NCBI RefSeq assembly: GCF_001194135.2 | Contig: NC_068982.1 | Location: 123,562,690 to 123,626,689, forward strand | DNA from: Octopus bimaculoides | Lineage: Eukaryota | DNA: 64,000 nt | Direction: 5' to 3' | Translations under genes and position numbers: made by a program | The notes under the pieces: generated by a model | Seen by the model: only the letters and a program-made list of their open reading frames with translations | The model's database searches: none | Told to the model about the DNA's origin: nothing | In this document: positions 48,827 to 62,849 of the stretch, in pieces | Layout: every line of letters starts with the position of its first letter | Position numbering within the stretch: the stretch's first letter is position 1

Positions 48827-49131
48827 ATGTATTTTTAAAAAGAAAAGCATAATTTTAAATATAATTTCATTGTATAACTTCATCTTCATTTTATGACATT
48901 TCTGTTTAGAATTGTTCTCAAAACACATTTTCAAAACACTTTCAACATACACACACAAAACAAAAAAAGAAAAACAGCAACAAAACAAACATTAGTCAAT
49001 TAATATTTGTATGTGAAATTGCATTTCATAATATTGATGAAATTTAAACATAAAAAACATAAATTACAACATATTTTATACAGTTTTTCTTTTATTTCAT
49101 TTAAAAATATTGGCATTATCTCAAAAATATA

Positions 49132-49137
49132 AATAAA
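49132..49137 (+). terminator. Candidate polyadenylation signal of IVNS1ABP
   Basis: First AATAAA I found after the stop codon (~300 nt downstream), in an AT-rich context. Confidence 0.3.
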
Positions 49138-49822
49138 AAATATCCCTTCCCCCTGAGGTTTTGTTGAGTTTATTTTCTTATTTGTTTGACCATATTCCTG
49201 CCAGACTTTTAGACTTCAATTTAAAATATGACACAAAATTGTAAAGGATTGTAAGATTTCAAAAGAAAATTATATTTTGGAGTGAGCAACTTCACTGGTG
49301 CTGGTGGTATAAGAAAAGTACCTAGTACATTCTGTAAAGTGGTTGTCATTAGGAAGGGTATCTGGTCACAGAAACCATGTCAAAGCTGGCATTAGAGCTT
49401 GATGCAACCCTTTAACCCATACAAACATGGAAAATATGATATAATGACGACTACTGATTGAGCTGTAATATTAGTTTATATAGAGAGAACTGTTTCTATC
49501 AAATATATATTCTTTTCCATTTGTTATCGTAAAAGTTGAGGTTAAGTGATAGTGTTTACAGTTGAGTGGGAAATATATCAGAATAGTTATAAGGAATGTA
49601 TATATAGGTGTGTGGTGGTGGGGAGTTGGAATACAAGTCATGGTACATCTAAATTCTTAGCAGAAAGTGACGGTTTAGCATATTGTCAGAATGAACAACA
49701 TAATTCTTGTATTGAGACTGCTGATAAGTTATGAGAAGGGCTAATCTTGTTTTAATCCTTTGAGAGCTCTAATGCCAGAGTCAGACATTGACTCTGGAAT
49801 ACATTTTAAAGGCTCTGTGGAA

Positions 49823-50232
49823 TTCATCATTAGTTAATGTCTTTTTCTATGCTTGCATCGGGTCAGACAAAATATTTTGAGACAGATTTTCCTACATCTG
49901 AAGCTCTTCCTGTTGTCAACCCTCTAGCATGATGGATATTTCCCATGCCCTGATATGTTTATTGTGGAAGACTGGAATTGTATAGCAGTGATATTCATTT
50001 ATAACCATCACATGATGTCAAGACAAGGGTATGAACATACATATATACATACATGTATGTGTGTAATATACATGCACACAATGGACTTCTTTCAGTTTTC
50101 GTCTATCAGATCCACTAACAATGTATTATTCAGTCCAAAACTGTAGTAGAAGACACCCAGGTCTCCCAGTGGCACTGAACCTGAGACTACACTGTGTGGA
50201 ATTGAGCTTCTTAACCACACCTCCACATCTGA
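49823..50232 (-). mobile_element. SINE family E
   Basis: RTE-type tail, body and decayed family-A-like head. Confidence 0.7.
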
Positions 50233-50552
50233 GAATTTATCATGGCATATAAAAGTAATTGGTTATGAATTGCAGCTAGGAAGGAAATAAGTTAGAGATA
50301 GTGCATTTGATCAGAAGTTTGTACCATGAGAGTTGCCTGTGTAAAATGACGTATTACTTAATGAGACACTATGACTCAAGTAAAAGCTTCTTCATACTTA
50401 ATGATCTTAGGCTTCTGGCAATGAAATCCAAGTACATTATATACAACAGTTTGTATGGTTTCTACTGCTAACATGTATGTGTAGTGACTGGGTATTCTAA
50501 ATCAATTCAAACTATGTTTGAATAAAAAGAGAAATGATTTCTACTCTCAATA

Positions 50553-51110
50553 AAGTAAGATTCAACATGATTTAATTAGCCAGTCTTCAGTAGAATAGTG
50601 GTAAGTATCCTGCCAGGGAAGCTAATTATTTTTAGGGTGCTTGTATGATTGTGTGGTTAAGGTGCTTGCCTTGCAACTACATAGTTTTGGGTTCAGTCCC
50701 ATTGTGTGGCACCTTAGAAATTTTTTTTTTTTTCTTAAATAATGTAAGGTTCAACATGGAAATTTTAATTAGCCAGTTCTCAATAGAATAGTGGCAAGTA
50801 TTCTACCTGTTACACGGGACATTAGCATTCGATTCCCTACCAGGTAGGCTAGTTATTTTTATGGACAGATATTGTGGTAAAGTTGCTTGGTTTTCAACCA
50901 TGTTGTTTGGGATTTAGTCCCATTGTGTGGAACCTTTGCCAAATATCTTCCGTTATACCCCTGGGTCAACCAATGCCTTGTGAGTGAACTTGGTGGATTG
51001 AATCTGTATGGAAGCTTGTCATGTATATATATGTTTGACTCACTCCTACTTGACAACTAGTGTTGGTTTGTTCACATTCCTGTAACCTAGCAGTTTGACA
51101 ATAGAGAGTA
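50553..51110 (+). repeat. Local tandem duplication containing decayed SINE A heads
   Basis: TAAG(A/G)TTCAACATG..TTTAATTAGCCAGT..TAGAATAGTGG occurs at ~50555 and ~50745, each followed by a SINE head (~50645, ~50865). Confidence 0.6.
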
Positions 51111-51404
51111 CTGGGTGCATTTTTTGTGACACCAGTGCTACAGAGGTTGACTTGCAGCTTGCCAAGTGAAAGAGAGTAACCTATAATTTAAGGAACAGAT
51201 TTATAGTGCAAGGATGGTAATGCAGAGAATTATAAAGGGAATATAGTTGAGACAAAGGGGTAATGTTGATATGGCAGGGTGGAGTAAAAGGTAAAAGATT
51301 TATCTGCTTGGCTTGAGGAGTAAGCAGGTGGACTAAGTATTTGGATGAGTTAATCTGACATGCCAGCACAAGATTGTTCTCACAGTTAATATAATTTCTT
51401 GTTT

Positions 51405-51615
51405 AAGGTGGTATGCTGGTAGAATCGTTAGCATGCCAGGCAAAATGCTTAAGTGGCATTTTGTCCGTCTTCACATTCTGAGTTCAAATTCTGCTGAGGT
51501 TGACTTGCCTTTCATCCCTTTGGGATCAATAAAATAAGTACCAGTTGAGTACTGGGGTCGATGCAATCAACTTAGCCCTTCCTCAAAATTGCTAGCATTT
51601 TTCCAAAATTTGAAA
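51405..51615 (+). mobile_element. SINE family D
   Basis: GGTGGTATGCTGGTAGAATCGTTAGC head, GAGTTCAAATTC B box and GTACTGGGGTCGAT body. Confidence 0.85.
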
Positions 51616-53879
51616 TCAATGAGTTTATTGTTGGGAGAGGGAATTGGAAAGTAATGTTAGAGTGCTAGTGAGAGTGATAAGGCAGTGCAGAAGGTTCAGC
51701 ATAGGAGGTAGTGCTACCCTACATCATACGTGGGTGGGTGAAATGATACATGAATGAAAGATATAGAACTGGATAATGGAAGGGTAAGGGAAAGCTTAAT
51801 ATCAGGAAATTAGTGAAAGGCTCTTACAAGGGTGGTCAGAAGGGAGTAGAAAGAGATGTGTGCTACTCCATTTTATGCTTGAATGTCTGAAGTGGTGCAG
51901 AGGAGAGATAAGATAATAATGAGGGGTCAAAAACATTATCATAAGGTAACATGTTGAAGAGAGCATAGTGATGAGAATTGGAGAGAGCAGGTAAAGGTTG
52001 CAGAAGCAGTGGCAGCTTGTAGATAAAATTAGGGGTCAGGGGTTATGCTTCAGAAATTTTTAGGCGTTTTAATATTGTGTAAAGGGAAACAAACATATAA
52101 AAAGAATATTTATACATAAACTTGATCGGTTCACATTTTAGCTACTGCCAGGTAGTGTATTGAATTTGTCCACTGAACACTGCCATGAATTCCCCCTTGT
52201 TTTTCCAAAATCCCCCTTTAAATCACAAAATAAATGGGGAAAATCTGCCCTATTTTTCAAATCCTGGCAGCAACACTGATGCTGGAAGCAGGATAATAAC
52301 CTAACTCTACACTTTAACACATTCAAGAATATAAACATTTTTTTAAGCACAACACACACACACAGACAAAAAGAAACACTACCTTGTACCACTACTGCAT
52401 GAACAACAATGCTGTCTCTCCCTAGCATGAAGCTTCCTATCTCGGACATGTGGGCATGCGCACAACAACCAAACACTGTGTTGCTGGAACTGTGAAGCAC
52501 AGTTCCAGCAACTGGATTTTTGTATTTTTCTCATAAACTAGGTGATGGCTACTGCCATTAAACTCAAGGATTTTATATAATGTACAAGTATAAGGAAGGA
52601 AATAAAGGACTCATTAAATTGAATGTTATCGATAATATCAAGTGGAAATAGGGGATGCTGCAGTTCCGCAGTACCTATACATGAGCTGCCACTGTGCAGA
52701 AGGCAATAGCAAAAACATCATGATTGGGGAAGAAAGTGGAAAGAGGGATGGCAGGATATAGGTAGTGGAGGTGTGGGGGGGAAAAGTGATATTCATTATG
52801 TCATGAGAAGGACAGCATTTAGAATAGACGGTGGAGCGACTGAGGGTATAGGAGCTTTAGATGGATGGCGATGCATGCAAAAACTAAAAAAAAATATAGG
52901 CAAGGCAAGAATGCATACATTAAACTTTTGTCGAAAGTTGGGTTTTCTGCAGCACCACGTATCACCTTCAGTCATTTCCTTCATCAGATGTAACATCTTT
53001 TCACCACCTTATCCCATGTCTCCAATAATTAAACAGAGCGGTAGCAATGTCATGGTTAGTATTTGCATGTCTGGAAAGGGATCATACATATATATATCAG
53101 ATCAAAGGTGTTATGAAGTCTAAGGAAAACTATGATGTGTAAAGGAGAATTGTCAAAGGCTAAATTTGGTCCAAGAAGTTTGGCCCAGTCATACTTGGAC
53201 TTGTTATTTTTTTAATGCAGACATTAAATGACAATGATGATGATGAGTTACTATTCTAATGAATTCCTTCACCCTTATATTTTTCAGTATGAAAAACTGA
53301 ATCTCTTTTATCTCATCTGGGCGAAGTATTAAACTTCATTTAGTGGTGAGGTTCCAGCTTAGTAGTTCAGAAATTTTGGAAAGTGTGAAGTAACCCTTTA
53401 GTCACTGCTATTCCCAGGTCTTCTCTGACCCAGGATGGCAGTACCTATTAAAGGTACTTGATAGTTATGGATCACATAACAGAAGATGGTTCTATGACTA
53501 AGGTATACAAAACTGAGGAGGGCTGACCTCCAGATCATCCCTTTAATGTGTCACACAGGCCTTCGAATGTGCGAACACATACTGATATCATGTGAACCAG
53601 TCCCTCTACTGAAAAGTTAAATATACTCTGTGCCTCAAGGATAAGCTCAGAATAGTTGACTATCAGAATAAACTGTAAATAAACTAGCAGAAAGCAATGG
53701 GAAACTACTGCTGTTTTCTTCAAGAAAATTCATGAATCTTCAGACTTTGGTATGGAGGTCTATGGTTACTGATGCCTGTAAAACAGGTGTGGCACTTAGA
53801 GAGAAAGAGATGAGGCCTAACACATTGTTATCTGACTTCTTCACTTCTTGTTGTGATTTACTTAGTCTTTGTCTGTTGT

Positions 53880-54600
53880 AGGTACTTTGTGCTGTCAGTA
53901 CACAGCTCTTCTATCAGACCCTTATTGCCCATTCCCCTAGTGCAGTCATTTCTCCTTACATCAGCATATACCTTTAATGTTCAGTCATTCTCTCAACTCA
54001 CATATGTGCTACTTGATTTTTTTTCCAACTCAGACTGTACATCAAAAGGACCATGTGTGACCCATTTATCTTCAACCACCACAAATCCTAAATTTAGGCC
54101 TCTATAGTACCACACTCCTTGCGCTATTTACAACTGTTTACAGATTTCTTGTACAGAGTTAACAATCCTTGCATTTCTTCAGTCTCTCTTCTACTCTGCC
54201 TATTATATTGTCACTGCATCTACCATCTACACTAACTCATTAACTACATAGTATCAAATTCCTACCTGCTCCTTTCTTACATACTGAGCAAAGTAGCTTC
54301 TCAAATGGCTCTTGGAGTTTGTGCTATCTCATTCTTCTAGGATTGGAACTTCTTCAGCTGCAACACACCTACAAATTCTACAATAAGAACCATTTCATCA
54401 AGCATTGAAAACTTTGCACAGACATCTGGTTCTGGATTGCTTCATTGCCATTAGAAATATATAAAGAACTGAAAAAGCCTGGTGAATGCCTACTGTCCCT
54501 TACATCAAATTCCTCAGTGAACTTACAACCAATTTTGCAGCCCCTTTTGTTTTGTGATTTGATGGCTCTCATATGCTAATCTTCAACTTTCAGCTTTCTC
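53880..54600 (-). mobile_element. Decayed RTE LINE RT fragment
   Basis: KIGCKFTEEFDVRDSRH..GF.SSL resembles RTE SEEFSVQVGVHQGSVLSPL; the downstream CSVC.KGAGRN.I.C Cys-rich motif is also present. Confidence 0.7.
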
Positions 54601-54935
54601 AACACCCATTATATTACAGAAAATGGGAATGAGACAAAAGAACTTCCCCATATCAACAGAGGCAAAGTAGAATTTTGTTTTTAATTAGCTACTTCTCTGG
54701 CATTGTTTCATGAAAAATAGGAACAAGCTTTCACATCCTGGGGCAAACCAAAATTACTTCTTATTCGAGCTAATCTTCTCTTATATTAATATCATTTATG
54801 ACTTTCTTAGCTATACTTTCAGAAATTTGTCCATCAGTTTGAAGTCTCCCCTGTGAATCTCTTCTGTAGAGCTTACACTGGTTATAGGAATAACACTTTC
54901 ATTGAAATTCACTGCTGTTGTTTTAATTAATTTTT

Positions 54936-54967
<32 letters not shown>

Positions 54968-55799
54968 AAAAAACAACAACATCATCACAATCATAAACAA
55001 CTTCATTATTTTACATGCATTTTTCCATGCTGGTATGGTTTGGTTGGTTTGACAGGATCTGACAGACTGAAGGATCATACCTTTCTCCAACGTCTTGGTT
55101 GAAGCTAGAATTTAGTGGAATGACTATCATTATTATAATGCTGGTGTTTGGTAATGGTGATAGTGATGGTCATGATGTCAAAGATGATTTTGTGAATATC
55201 ATGTTCCCTATTGATTAGAGATGATGGATGCTGTGTCATGTTACCTATTAGTAAATTGAATTTTATTTATTAATTATTTATTCTAGCCTTCCTCCTACTT
55301 TTCTCTCTAAAAGTTTACCTACAGAGTTTCTGCTACCCAACCAGAATAATTTACACTAATTCAACAGATAGCAGTCCTGTTAACACAACCAGTGTTACAA
55401 ATCCATGTATTTAATTTTGCTATGGACTGGCATCTTATTCAAGGAGGATTGTTCCGATCTTGGTCACTTATAAACACGATAGAAACTAGATAATCACCAT
55501 TATGAGTTCTAGGGCTCAAGAAAAAATATTTTGTGAGCATTTACTTTAGTTAGGGGTGGGGGCTATGGCTGGATGCCCTTATCATTTATATAGTTGCAGA
55601 TTGAATTGGTGTATTTATTTAGCCACCAACTGTCTGACTAATATAATTATTGTACACATCCTAGTTTTATATTTCTGCATTCCTGAATATTATAAGAGGT
55701 GACTAAAAGGGATGGCAACAGTAAGGGTGCCTAGTTTTAAAAACAGTTTCAGAAAATTTGTCCAACCCATACCAGTATGAAAAAGCAAATGTGAAACAC

Positions 55800-55990
55800 T
55801 GATGATGATATCAATGATGATGTTGATGATGATGATGATTATTTCGAGAACAATGATAATGATGATAGCATTGTTGTTGTTATTAGTGGTGGAGATGATG
55901 ACAATGAGAATGAGGCAGATAAAGACAATGATGGTGGTGGTAACAATGGTGATGACGGCAAAAAACAATGGTGACAACAACAATGACATC
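55800..55990. repeat. Degenerate (GAT)n trinucleotide repeat
   Basis: Runs of GAT/GAC/GGT. Confidence 0.9.
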
Positions 55991-56365
55991 TGATTGAGAC
56001 AAAATGAGAGCCATGTGGCTCAAAATCATGACCCTTCACTGTTAAATCAGCTTGTTCTCTTTAGGGGGTTATTACTGCATTGTTGCTTTAGAGGAACTGA
56101 AGAAGAGAGAGTGAGGTCTATCATGTCTTCTGCTACTTTGTATCAGTTATATTCTAGAAAACTTTTCTCCTAAACAGCTAAAGCTGCCAAATCTCTTCTA
56201 CAAGTCTGTCAAAGTAATTTCCCTTTACAGTGATAGGTAGACAACTTGACTTCCAAGACTGGTCTACTTTCATTATAGCTAGAAAGGGAAATAACCAAAT
56301 GAAGGAAGCTTTTCTGCAGTCACTCACCAAGCTGGAAATAACAGCTAAATCTTTCTTAATTTATA

Positions 56366-56824
56366 TACTCTTTTACTCTTTTACTTGTTTCAGTCATTTG
56401 ACTGCGGCCATGCTGGAGCACCGCCTTTAGTCGAGAAAATCGACCCCAGGACTTATTGTTTGGATGCCTAGTTCTTATTCTATCGGTCTCTTTTGCCAAA
56501 CCGCTAAGTTACGGGGACGTAAACACACCAGCATCGGTTGTCAAGCGATGTTGGGGAGACAAAGACAGACACACAAACAAATACTCACACATACATACAT
56601 ATATATATATACTTATATACGACAGGCTTCTTTCAGTTTCCGTCTACCAAATCCACTCACAAGGCTTTGGTCGGCCCAAGGCTATAGTAGAAGACACTTG
56701 CCCAAAGNNNNNNNNNNCGGCCCAAGGCTATAGTAGAAGACACTTGCCCAAAGTGCCATGCAGTGGGACTGAACCCGGAACCATGTGGTTGGTAAGCAAG
56801 CTATTTACCACACAGCCACTCCTG
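56366..56824 (-). mobile_element. SINE family A, full length (spans a 10-N gap)
   Basis: Near-identical to 437-869. Confidence 0.92.
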
Positions 56825-57657
56825 TCATTGTGCTTTCAAATTTCTTTTACTTATGGTTCTTGTGTAAAATGATGATGGCATGTTTTAATTTAAATCTGAA
56901 TACTTTAAAATGAGAGATTTTCTATCATGTGGAGACTGGGCTTAGATGGATTGGTATCAAAGGGATTAAAAACCATTGGTTCTTAATCAGGGTGGTAGCG
57001 CTCCCCTTGGGAGTAGGGAGAATTGTGAGCTCACAAAGGGCTGACATATGTCAAAGAAGTGCTGGAGGTTTTAAGGTATCATTAACCTGGGTCAACTTGA
57101 CAATCTGCATCTTATCCAAGCACCCAAGGGACCCAACACTCAGACAAATACAGGAGTACTTCCACATAAATTAAACTTCCCCTACACTAAATAGGAAATA
57201 TATGTAGTAGATATCATACCCCCCATATCCACAGTTTACACAGGTAGAGTAGAATAGTTAGTGGGCTGTTATGTAGATGTATGTATGCATGTATGTATGT
57301 ATGTGTGTGTGTGTGAGTGTATGTATATACATATATATATGTAGATAGATGTATGTGTGTGTGGGTTGGTGTATGAATATATATATATGTATATACACAT
57401 GTATGTAAGCATATGGATATGAAAGTAAACAGATCAACATACAGACGGATAGTTACATAGGTTATATGAACAAACAAGCACACATACGCAAATGAAGACT
57501 GAAACACATGACCATACATACACACACTTTACTTCACACAGGGACACATATGGAGACACACGTCCACACATATGGAGATGCACATCCATACATACAAACA
57601 TCGTACATAGTTGCAAAACACACACACTCAGACATGCACACACAAGGAGACTGAGAT

Positions 57658-57691
<34 letters not shown>

Positions 57692-57727
57692 TTATATGGA
57701 TATAATAATATAAATAATATATATATA

Positions 57728-58260
57728 NNNNNNNNNNNNNNNNNNNNNNNNNNNNNNNNNNNNNNNNNNNNNNNNNNNNNNNNNNNNNNNNNNNNNNNNN
57801 NNNNNNNNNNNNNNNNNNNNNNNNNNNNNNNNNNNNNNNNNNNNNNNNNNNNNNNNNNNNNNNNNNNNNNNNNNNNNNNNNNNNNNNNNNNNNNNNNNNN
57901 NNNNNNNNNNNNNNNNNNNNNNNNNNNNNNNNNNNNNNNNNNNNNNNNNNNNNNNNNNNNNNNNNNNNNNNNNNNNNNNNNNNNNNNNNNNNNNNNNNNN
58001 NNNNNNNNNNNNNNNNNNNNNNNNNNNNNNNNNNNNNNNNNNNNNNNNNNNNNNNNNNNNNNNNNNNNNNNNNNNNNNNNNNNNNNNNNNNNNNNNNNNN
58101 NNNNNNNNNNNNNNNNNNNNNNNNNNNNNNNNNNNNNNNNNNNNNNNNNNNNNNNNNNNNNNNNNNNNNNNNNNNNNNNNNNNNNNNNNNNNNNNNNNNN
58201 NNNNNNNNNNNNNNNNNNNNNNNNNNNNNNNNNNNNNNNNNNNNNNNNNNNNNNNNNNNN
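57728..58260. other. Assembly gap flanked by (TA)n/(TG)n
   Basis: 533 N. Other gaps at 24715-24724, 56708-56717, 60535-61080 and 61540-61549. Confidence 1.
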
Positions 58261-58288
58261 TATATATATACATATATATGTGTGGATA

Positions 58289-58365
<77 letters not shown>

Positions 58366-58377
58366 ATATATGCATAT

Positions 58378-58675
58378 TATAGCCTCAGGCTGACCAAAGC
58401 CTTGTAAGTGGATTTTGTCCATGGAAATTGAAAGGAGACTGTCATATATATGTGTATATTTGTGTGTATGTGTGTGTGTTTGTACCCCCACCATTGCTTG
58501 ACAAGTGATGTTGCTGTGTTTACGTTCCCATAATTTAGCAGTTTGGCAAAAGACCCTGATAGAACAAGTACTAGGCTTACAAAAAATAAATCCTGTGGTT
58601 GATTTGTTTGACCAACAGCGGTGCTCCAGCATGGCTGCAGTCAAATAACTGAAACAAGTAAAACAATAAAAAAAC
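58378..58675 (+). mobile_element. 5'-truncated SINE family A
   Basis: GACCAAAGCCTTGTAAGTGG ... GAAACAAGTAAAA. Confidence 0.85.
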
Positions 58676-58716
58676 TATGCCGTTTTAATTCTGAGCAAGG
58701 CCAGGCATCTCTGCTA

Positions 58717-58770
<54 letters not shown>

Positions 58771-58778
58771 TTTCTTTT

Positions 58779-58817
<39 letters not shown>

Positions 58818-58879
58818 TCTCCCATCTATTAAAGGAGACACAAGCAATTTCACACTTATGTTTACACATGATGGGAACT

Positions 58880-59165
58880 TCCACCCACCAAATTCAAATT
58901 CAATCACAAGGCTTCTAGAGGCTATAACAGAAGACACTTGCACAAAGTGCCACATAGTGGGGCTGAACCTGAAACCATGTGGTTGAGAGACAAGCTTTCT
59001 AAACACACAGACTTCTTTCACTTTCCATCTACCAATTCACTCACAAGGCTTTGTTGGCTTGGGGCTGTAGTAGAAAACACTTGTCCAAGGACAATGTGCA
59101 GTGGGACTGAACCCCAAAGCATCTGTTTGGGAAGCAAACTTTTTAACCATACAACCATACCCGTG
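58880..59165 (-). mobile_element. Two tandem SINE A/E head fragments
   Basis: CACAAGGC..GAAGACACTTG..GAACC occurs twice (58880-59010, 59010-59165). Confidence 0.75.
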
Positions 59166-59993
59166 TGTACCTGATTTAATATATTTAAATTGAGTAGAAT
59201 ATTTATATAAAAAAAAAAACAACTTCCAAACAAAAGAAGACATTGCATTGTGTTATCAGTAAGCAGAAGCATCACTAACAATGCACTAATGTTTGATATA
59301 ATTTCATTATATAGCTTGTCTTCAACAGCAATTTCCATAAAAGTTTAACACAGGGGATTCTAATCTATGCAAATATCTAAAAGAAGGCACATACTTGATA
59401 TGGTAGTGTAAGAATATATTTGTTATGAGTGGATTTTATTGGTTGATTTGGTGATGGCCAGTTCACTTGCCGAATGAAAATGCATTTCTTGGGTTTGTGT
59501 GAAGAAGTATCAACGTCCATGAACATTAACAGATTTTATTACTGCACATAGAACTTAATTGTGTTGGTATTTTACAAATAACAACAATAATTAGATACTG
59601 GGGGAGACATACTACTTGGAGTTTACAACAAGCTTACTGATACAGTAATTTGTGGCTGGCTTGTCATAACTGGAAATAATTGTGCAATATCCATGGCAGT
59701 GGAGATTCCTATTGACTATCTGGCTGTGGCAAAAATGGAGACACAATGTGCTCCTGCCTCAACATTCTGCAATTTATCTTAGCTGTCTGCATGGGCTGTC
59801 TGGTTAGTGTGGAGGCACATATCACTCAGCTGCCTTCCAACGCTCTGCAATAAATTATCACCAAAAGTGGCCTTTTATTGGACACAGGAAGAAGATTTTT
59901 GAAAATTGAATCACATGGTGGCTTGATGCTGATTGGTTACTTAATAGACTGCTATTGTGGTTTGCTTGTGATGTCTGACAGGCTACCTAACAC

Positions 59994-60379
59994 TTGGACA
60001 TGAAACTCAGCTTGCGAAGACTTATTGGGGCAAGCGAAAGCGAAATCGGGATGGCACCTGTGCCCAGCGTCGCCTTTCTGGCACTTGTGCCCGTGACATG
60101 TGTAAGGATTTTCAAACGAGATCGTTGCCAGTGCCCTTGGACTGGCTCTTGTGCGGGTGGCACATAAAATACACCATTTTGAGCGTGGCTGTTGCCAGTA
60201 CCGCCTGACTGGCCTTCATGCCGGTGACACGTAAAAGCACCCACTACACTCTCTGAGTGGTTGGCATTAGGAAGGGCATCCAGCTGTAAAAACTCTGCTA
60301 AATCAGATTGGAACCTGGTAATCCATGCTAGCATGGAAAGCGGACGTTAAACGATGATGATGATGATGATGATGATGAT
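59994..60379 (+). mobile_element. RTE-type 3' repeat, family C, with (GAT)n tail
   Basis: TTGGACATGAAACTCAGC...GGACGTTAAAC(GAT)n. Confidence 0.9.
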
Positions 60380-60534
60380 ACTGATAAAAATCCACTACAT
60401 AGAATTAGTTACCATTTGATGAGCATAATTTGGGGCTTTTTCTTTTTCTTTCTTTTGGCAAAATAGGGTTGGTTGCAGGATGGGCATTTGTAAAACATTT
60501 TGGTTAAAAAAGGTCACTGAGCAACAAAAGATTG

Positions 60535-61080
60535 NNNNNNNNNNNNNNNNNNNNNNNNNNNNNNNNNNNNNNNNNNNNNNNNNNNNNNNNNNNNNNNNNN
60601 NNNNNNNNNNNNNNNNNNNNNNNNNNNNNNNNNNNNNNNNNNNNNNNNNNNNNNNNNNNNNNNNNNNNNNNNNNNNNNNNNNNNNNNNNNNNNNNNNNNN
60701 NNNNNNNNNNNNNNNNNNNNNNNNNNNNNNNNNNNNNNNNNNNNNNNNNNNNNNNNNNNNNNNNNNNNNNNNNNNNNNNNNNNNNNNNNNNNNNNNNNNN
60801 NNNNNNNNNNNNNNNNNNNNNNNNNNNNNNNNNNNNNNNNNNNNNNNNNNNNNNNNNNNNNNNNNNNNNNNNNNNNNNNNNNNNNNNNNNNNNNNNNNNN
60901 NNNNNNNNNNNNNNNNNNNNNNNNNNNNNNNNNNNNNNNNNNNNNNNNNNNNNNNNNNNNNNNNNNNNNNNNNNNNNNNNNNNNNNNNNNNNNNNNNNNN
61001 NNNNNNNNNNNNNNNNNNNNNNNNNNNNNNNNNNNNNNNNNNNNNNNNNNNNNNNNNNNNNNNNNNNNNNNNNNNNNNNN
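60535..61080. other. Assembly gap
   Basis: 546 N followed by (TA)n. Confidence 1.
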
Positions 61081-61139
<59 letters not shown>

Positions 61140-61434
61140 TGAACACAGTAAAACAGAAAACAAAAAAATGTAAGAGTTAAGAGTAACTTAAACTAACATT
61201 TCTTAGTAAAAGATTTCTAAAACTCTTCTACACTAAATCTCACCCCACCCCACGTGATACACACACCACTGCTATTCTCAAGCCTGTAGAAAATATGTCA
61301 TCTTTGTCTCAGCCTCACTTATGTATGAACTTGGTTAACTTCAATCCATCATCTTTCCCCAACCAACCAACCAGCCAACCAACAAACCACTCAAACAAAT
61401 GTCTTTATAACTCTCTCTTCTGAACTCCATCTAT

Positions 61435-61435
61435 A

Positions 61436-61468
<33 letters not shown>

Positions 61469-61497
61469 TGTATGTGTGAGTCTGTGTGTATATATAT

Positions 61498-61539
<42 letters not shown>

Positions 61540-61594
61540 NNNNNNNNNNATATTATGTATGTGTATACACACACACATGTACATACACACACAT

Positions 61595-61645
<51 letters not shown>
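61435..61645. repeat. Compound (TATG)n/(TA)n/(CA)n microsatellite
   Basis: Directly visible. Confidence 0.95.
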
Positions 61646-61647
<2 letters not shown>

Positions 61648-62206
61648 GACGTATATATTCCCTGAAGCTACATTAGAGCCATTCATTTCTTTTTTTGCTT
61701 CTTATGTTCTTGTAATTCCTTCTGTTACGAGATGCCAAGGAATCAAATGTTTGCCATTCTTCTGCTCCTGTGAAGTCTTTACAGGTGATATTTATGGGAG
61801 ATTGAGTATTTAATCTTGTCACTTATTTCTCATTTCATCCATTCTTTTCTGCTTTTTGAAATATTTCTTTACACATAATGAATAAATAAATAAAAACACA
61901 AACAACAGCAACCTTGTCAACAATAGCAACATTATTGAAAATAGCAACAACATTATCAATAAGAACAATAGCAACATTAATGATTTCTTACGTTCACATA
62001 AGGCCGTACAGTTTTAGGGGTAGGGAGGGGTGAGGGCGGGAACATTCGATTAAATTGACCGTAGTGTATTACTGGTAGTTATTTTGCTGTCCCCGGAAAG
62101 ATGAAAGACAAAGCTAACCTTGGCCTGATTTGAGACACAGAATGTAAAGAGATATGATTAAAAAATTGCAAAAAAATTTGTCCACCATTTTACTGGTTCT
62201 GCGTTG

Positions 62207-62220
62207 CAACAACGACAACA

Positions 62221-62288
<68 letters not shown>

Positions 62289-62342
62289 AGCAGGCGCCGC
62301 TGCCACCGCCACCGTCTCCACCGCCTCCGCCGTCTCCACCGC
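62207..62342. repeat. Compound trinucleotide repeat (CAA)(CTA)(CTG)n(CTA)n(CCG)-like
   Basis: Directly visible; it produces the poly-L/S/Y/C ORFs in the track. Confidence 0.95.
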
Positions 62343-62849
62343 CCCCACCCCACCCCAATATAGTACAAAACATGTTAGAGAGAAAGTTAAAAAAGATCTG
62401 GCTATGTCCATAGTTACAATAAACAGAGAGGGGGGAACCTAATACTCTCAATGGAAAACAGGTCTAAAAGATCTTCTTACATTGGCACAATCTTCTTTTT
62501 CTTTTACTTATTTCAATCACTGGGCTGTAGCCATGCTGGGAGCATTGCCTTAAAGGATTTAGTTGAACAAATTGACTCCAGTGCTTATTTGCTGGTGAAG
62601 GTTTTATGTGGCCAGAGTGCAAATCCTACTTCAACCTCTTTTAGTTGCCTCTTACAACACGCAGAGGAAATGTTGGGGCTATTCTTTCAGATGCTGGTTC
62701 CTGAGCAGCACTTGACTGAAAGACAAAGTTGACCTTGGTGGGATTTGAACTCAGAATGTAAACAACTATAAGAAATACTACAAGGCATTTTGTCTGACTC
62801 TCAAACAATTATGCCACTTCTAAGATTAATTATTCCTTTACATTTTCTC

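Noticed and set aside
56672-56753. 36 bp tandem duplication inside a SINE
   Set aside because: The copies sit exactly either side of a 10-N gap, so this is a contig-overlap artefact.
57611-58644. Long ORFs of 227-338 aa (also 60480-61173)
   Set aside because: Made of N-gap codons and (TA)n/(TG)n repeats.
62154-62451. Poly-L/S/G/Y/C ORFs (also poly-M/I at 55690-56039)
   Set aside because: Translations of trinucleotide microsatellites, with no splice context or domain.
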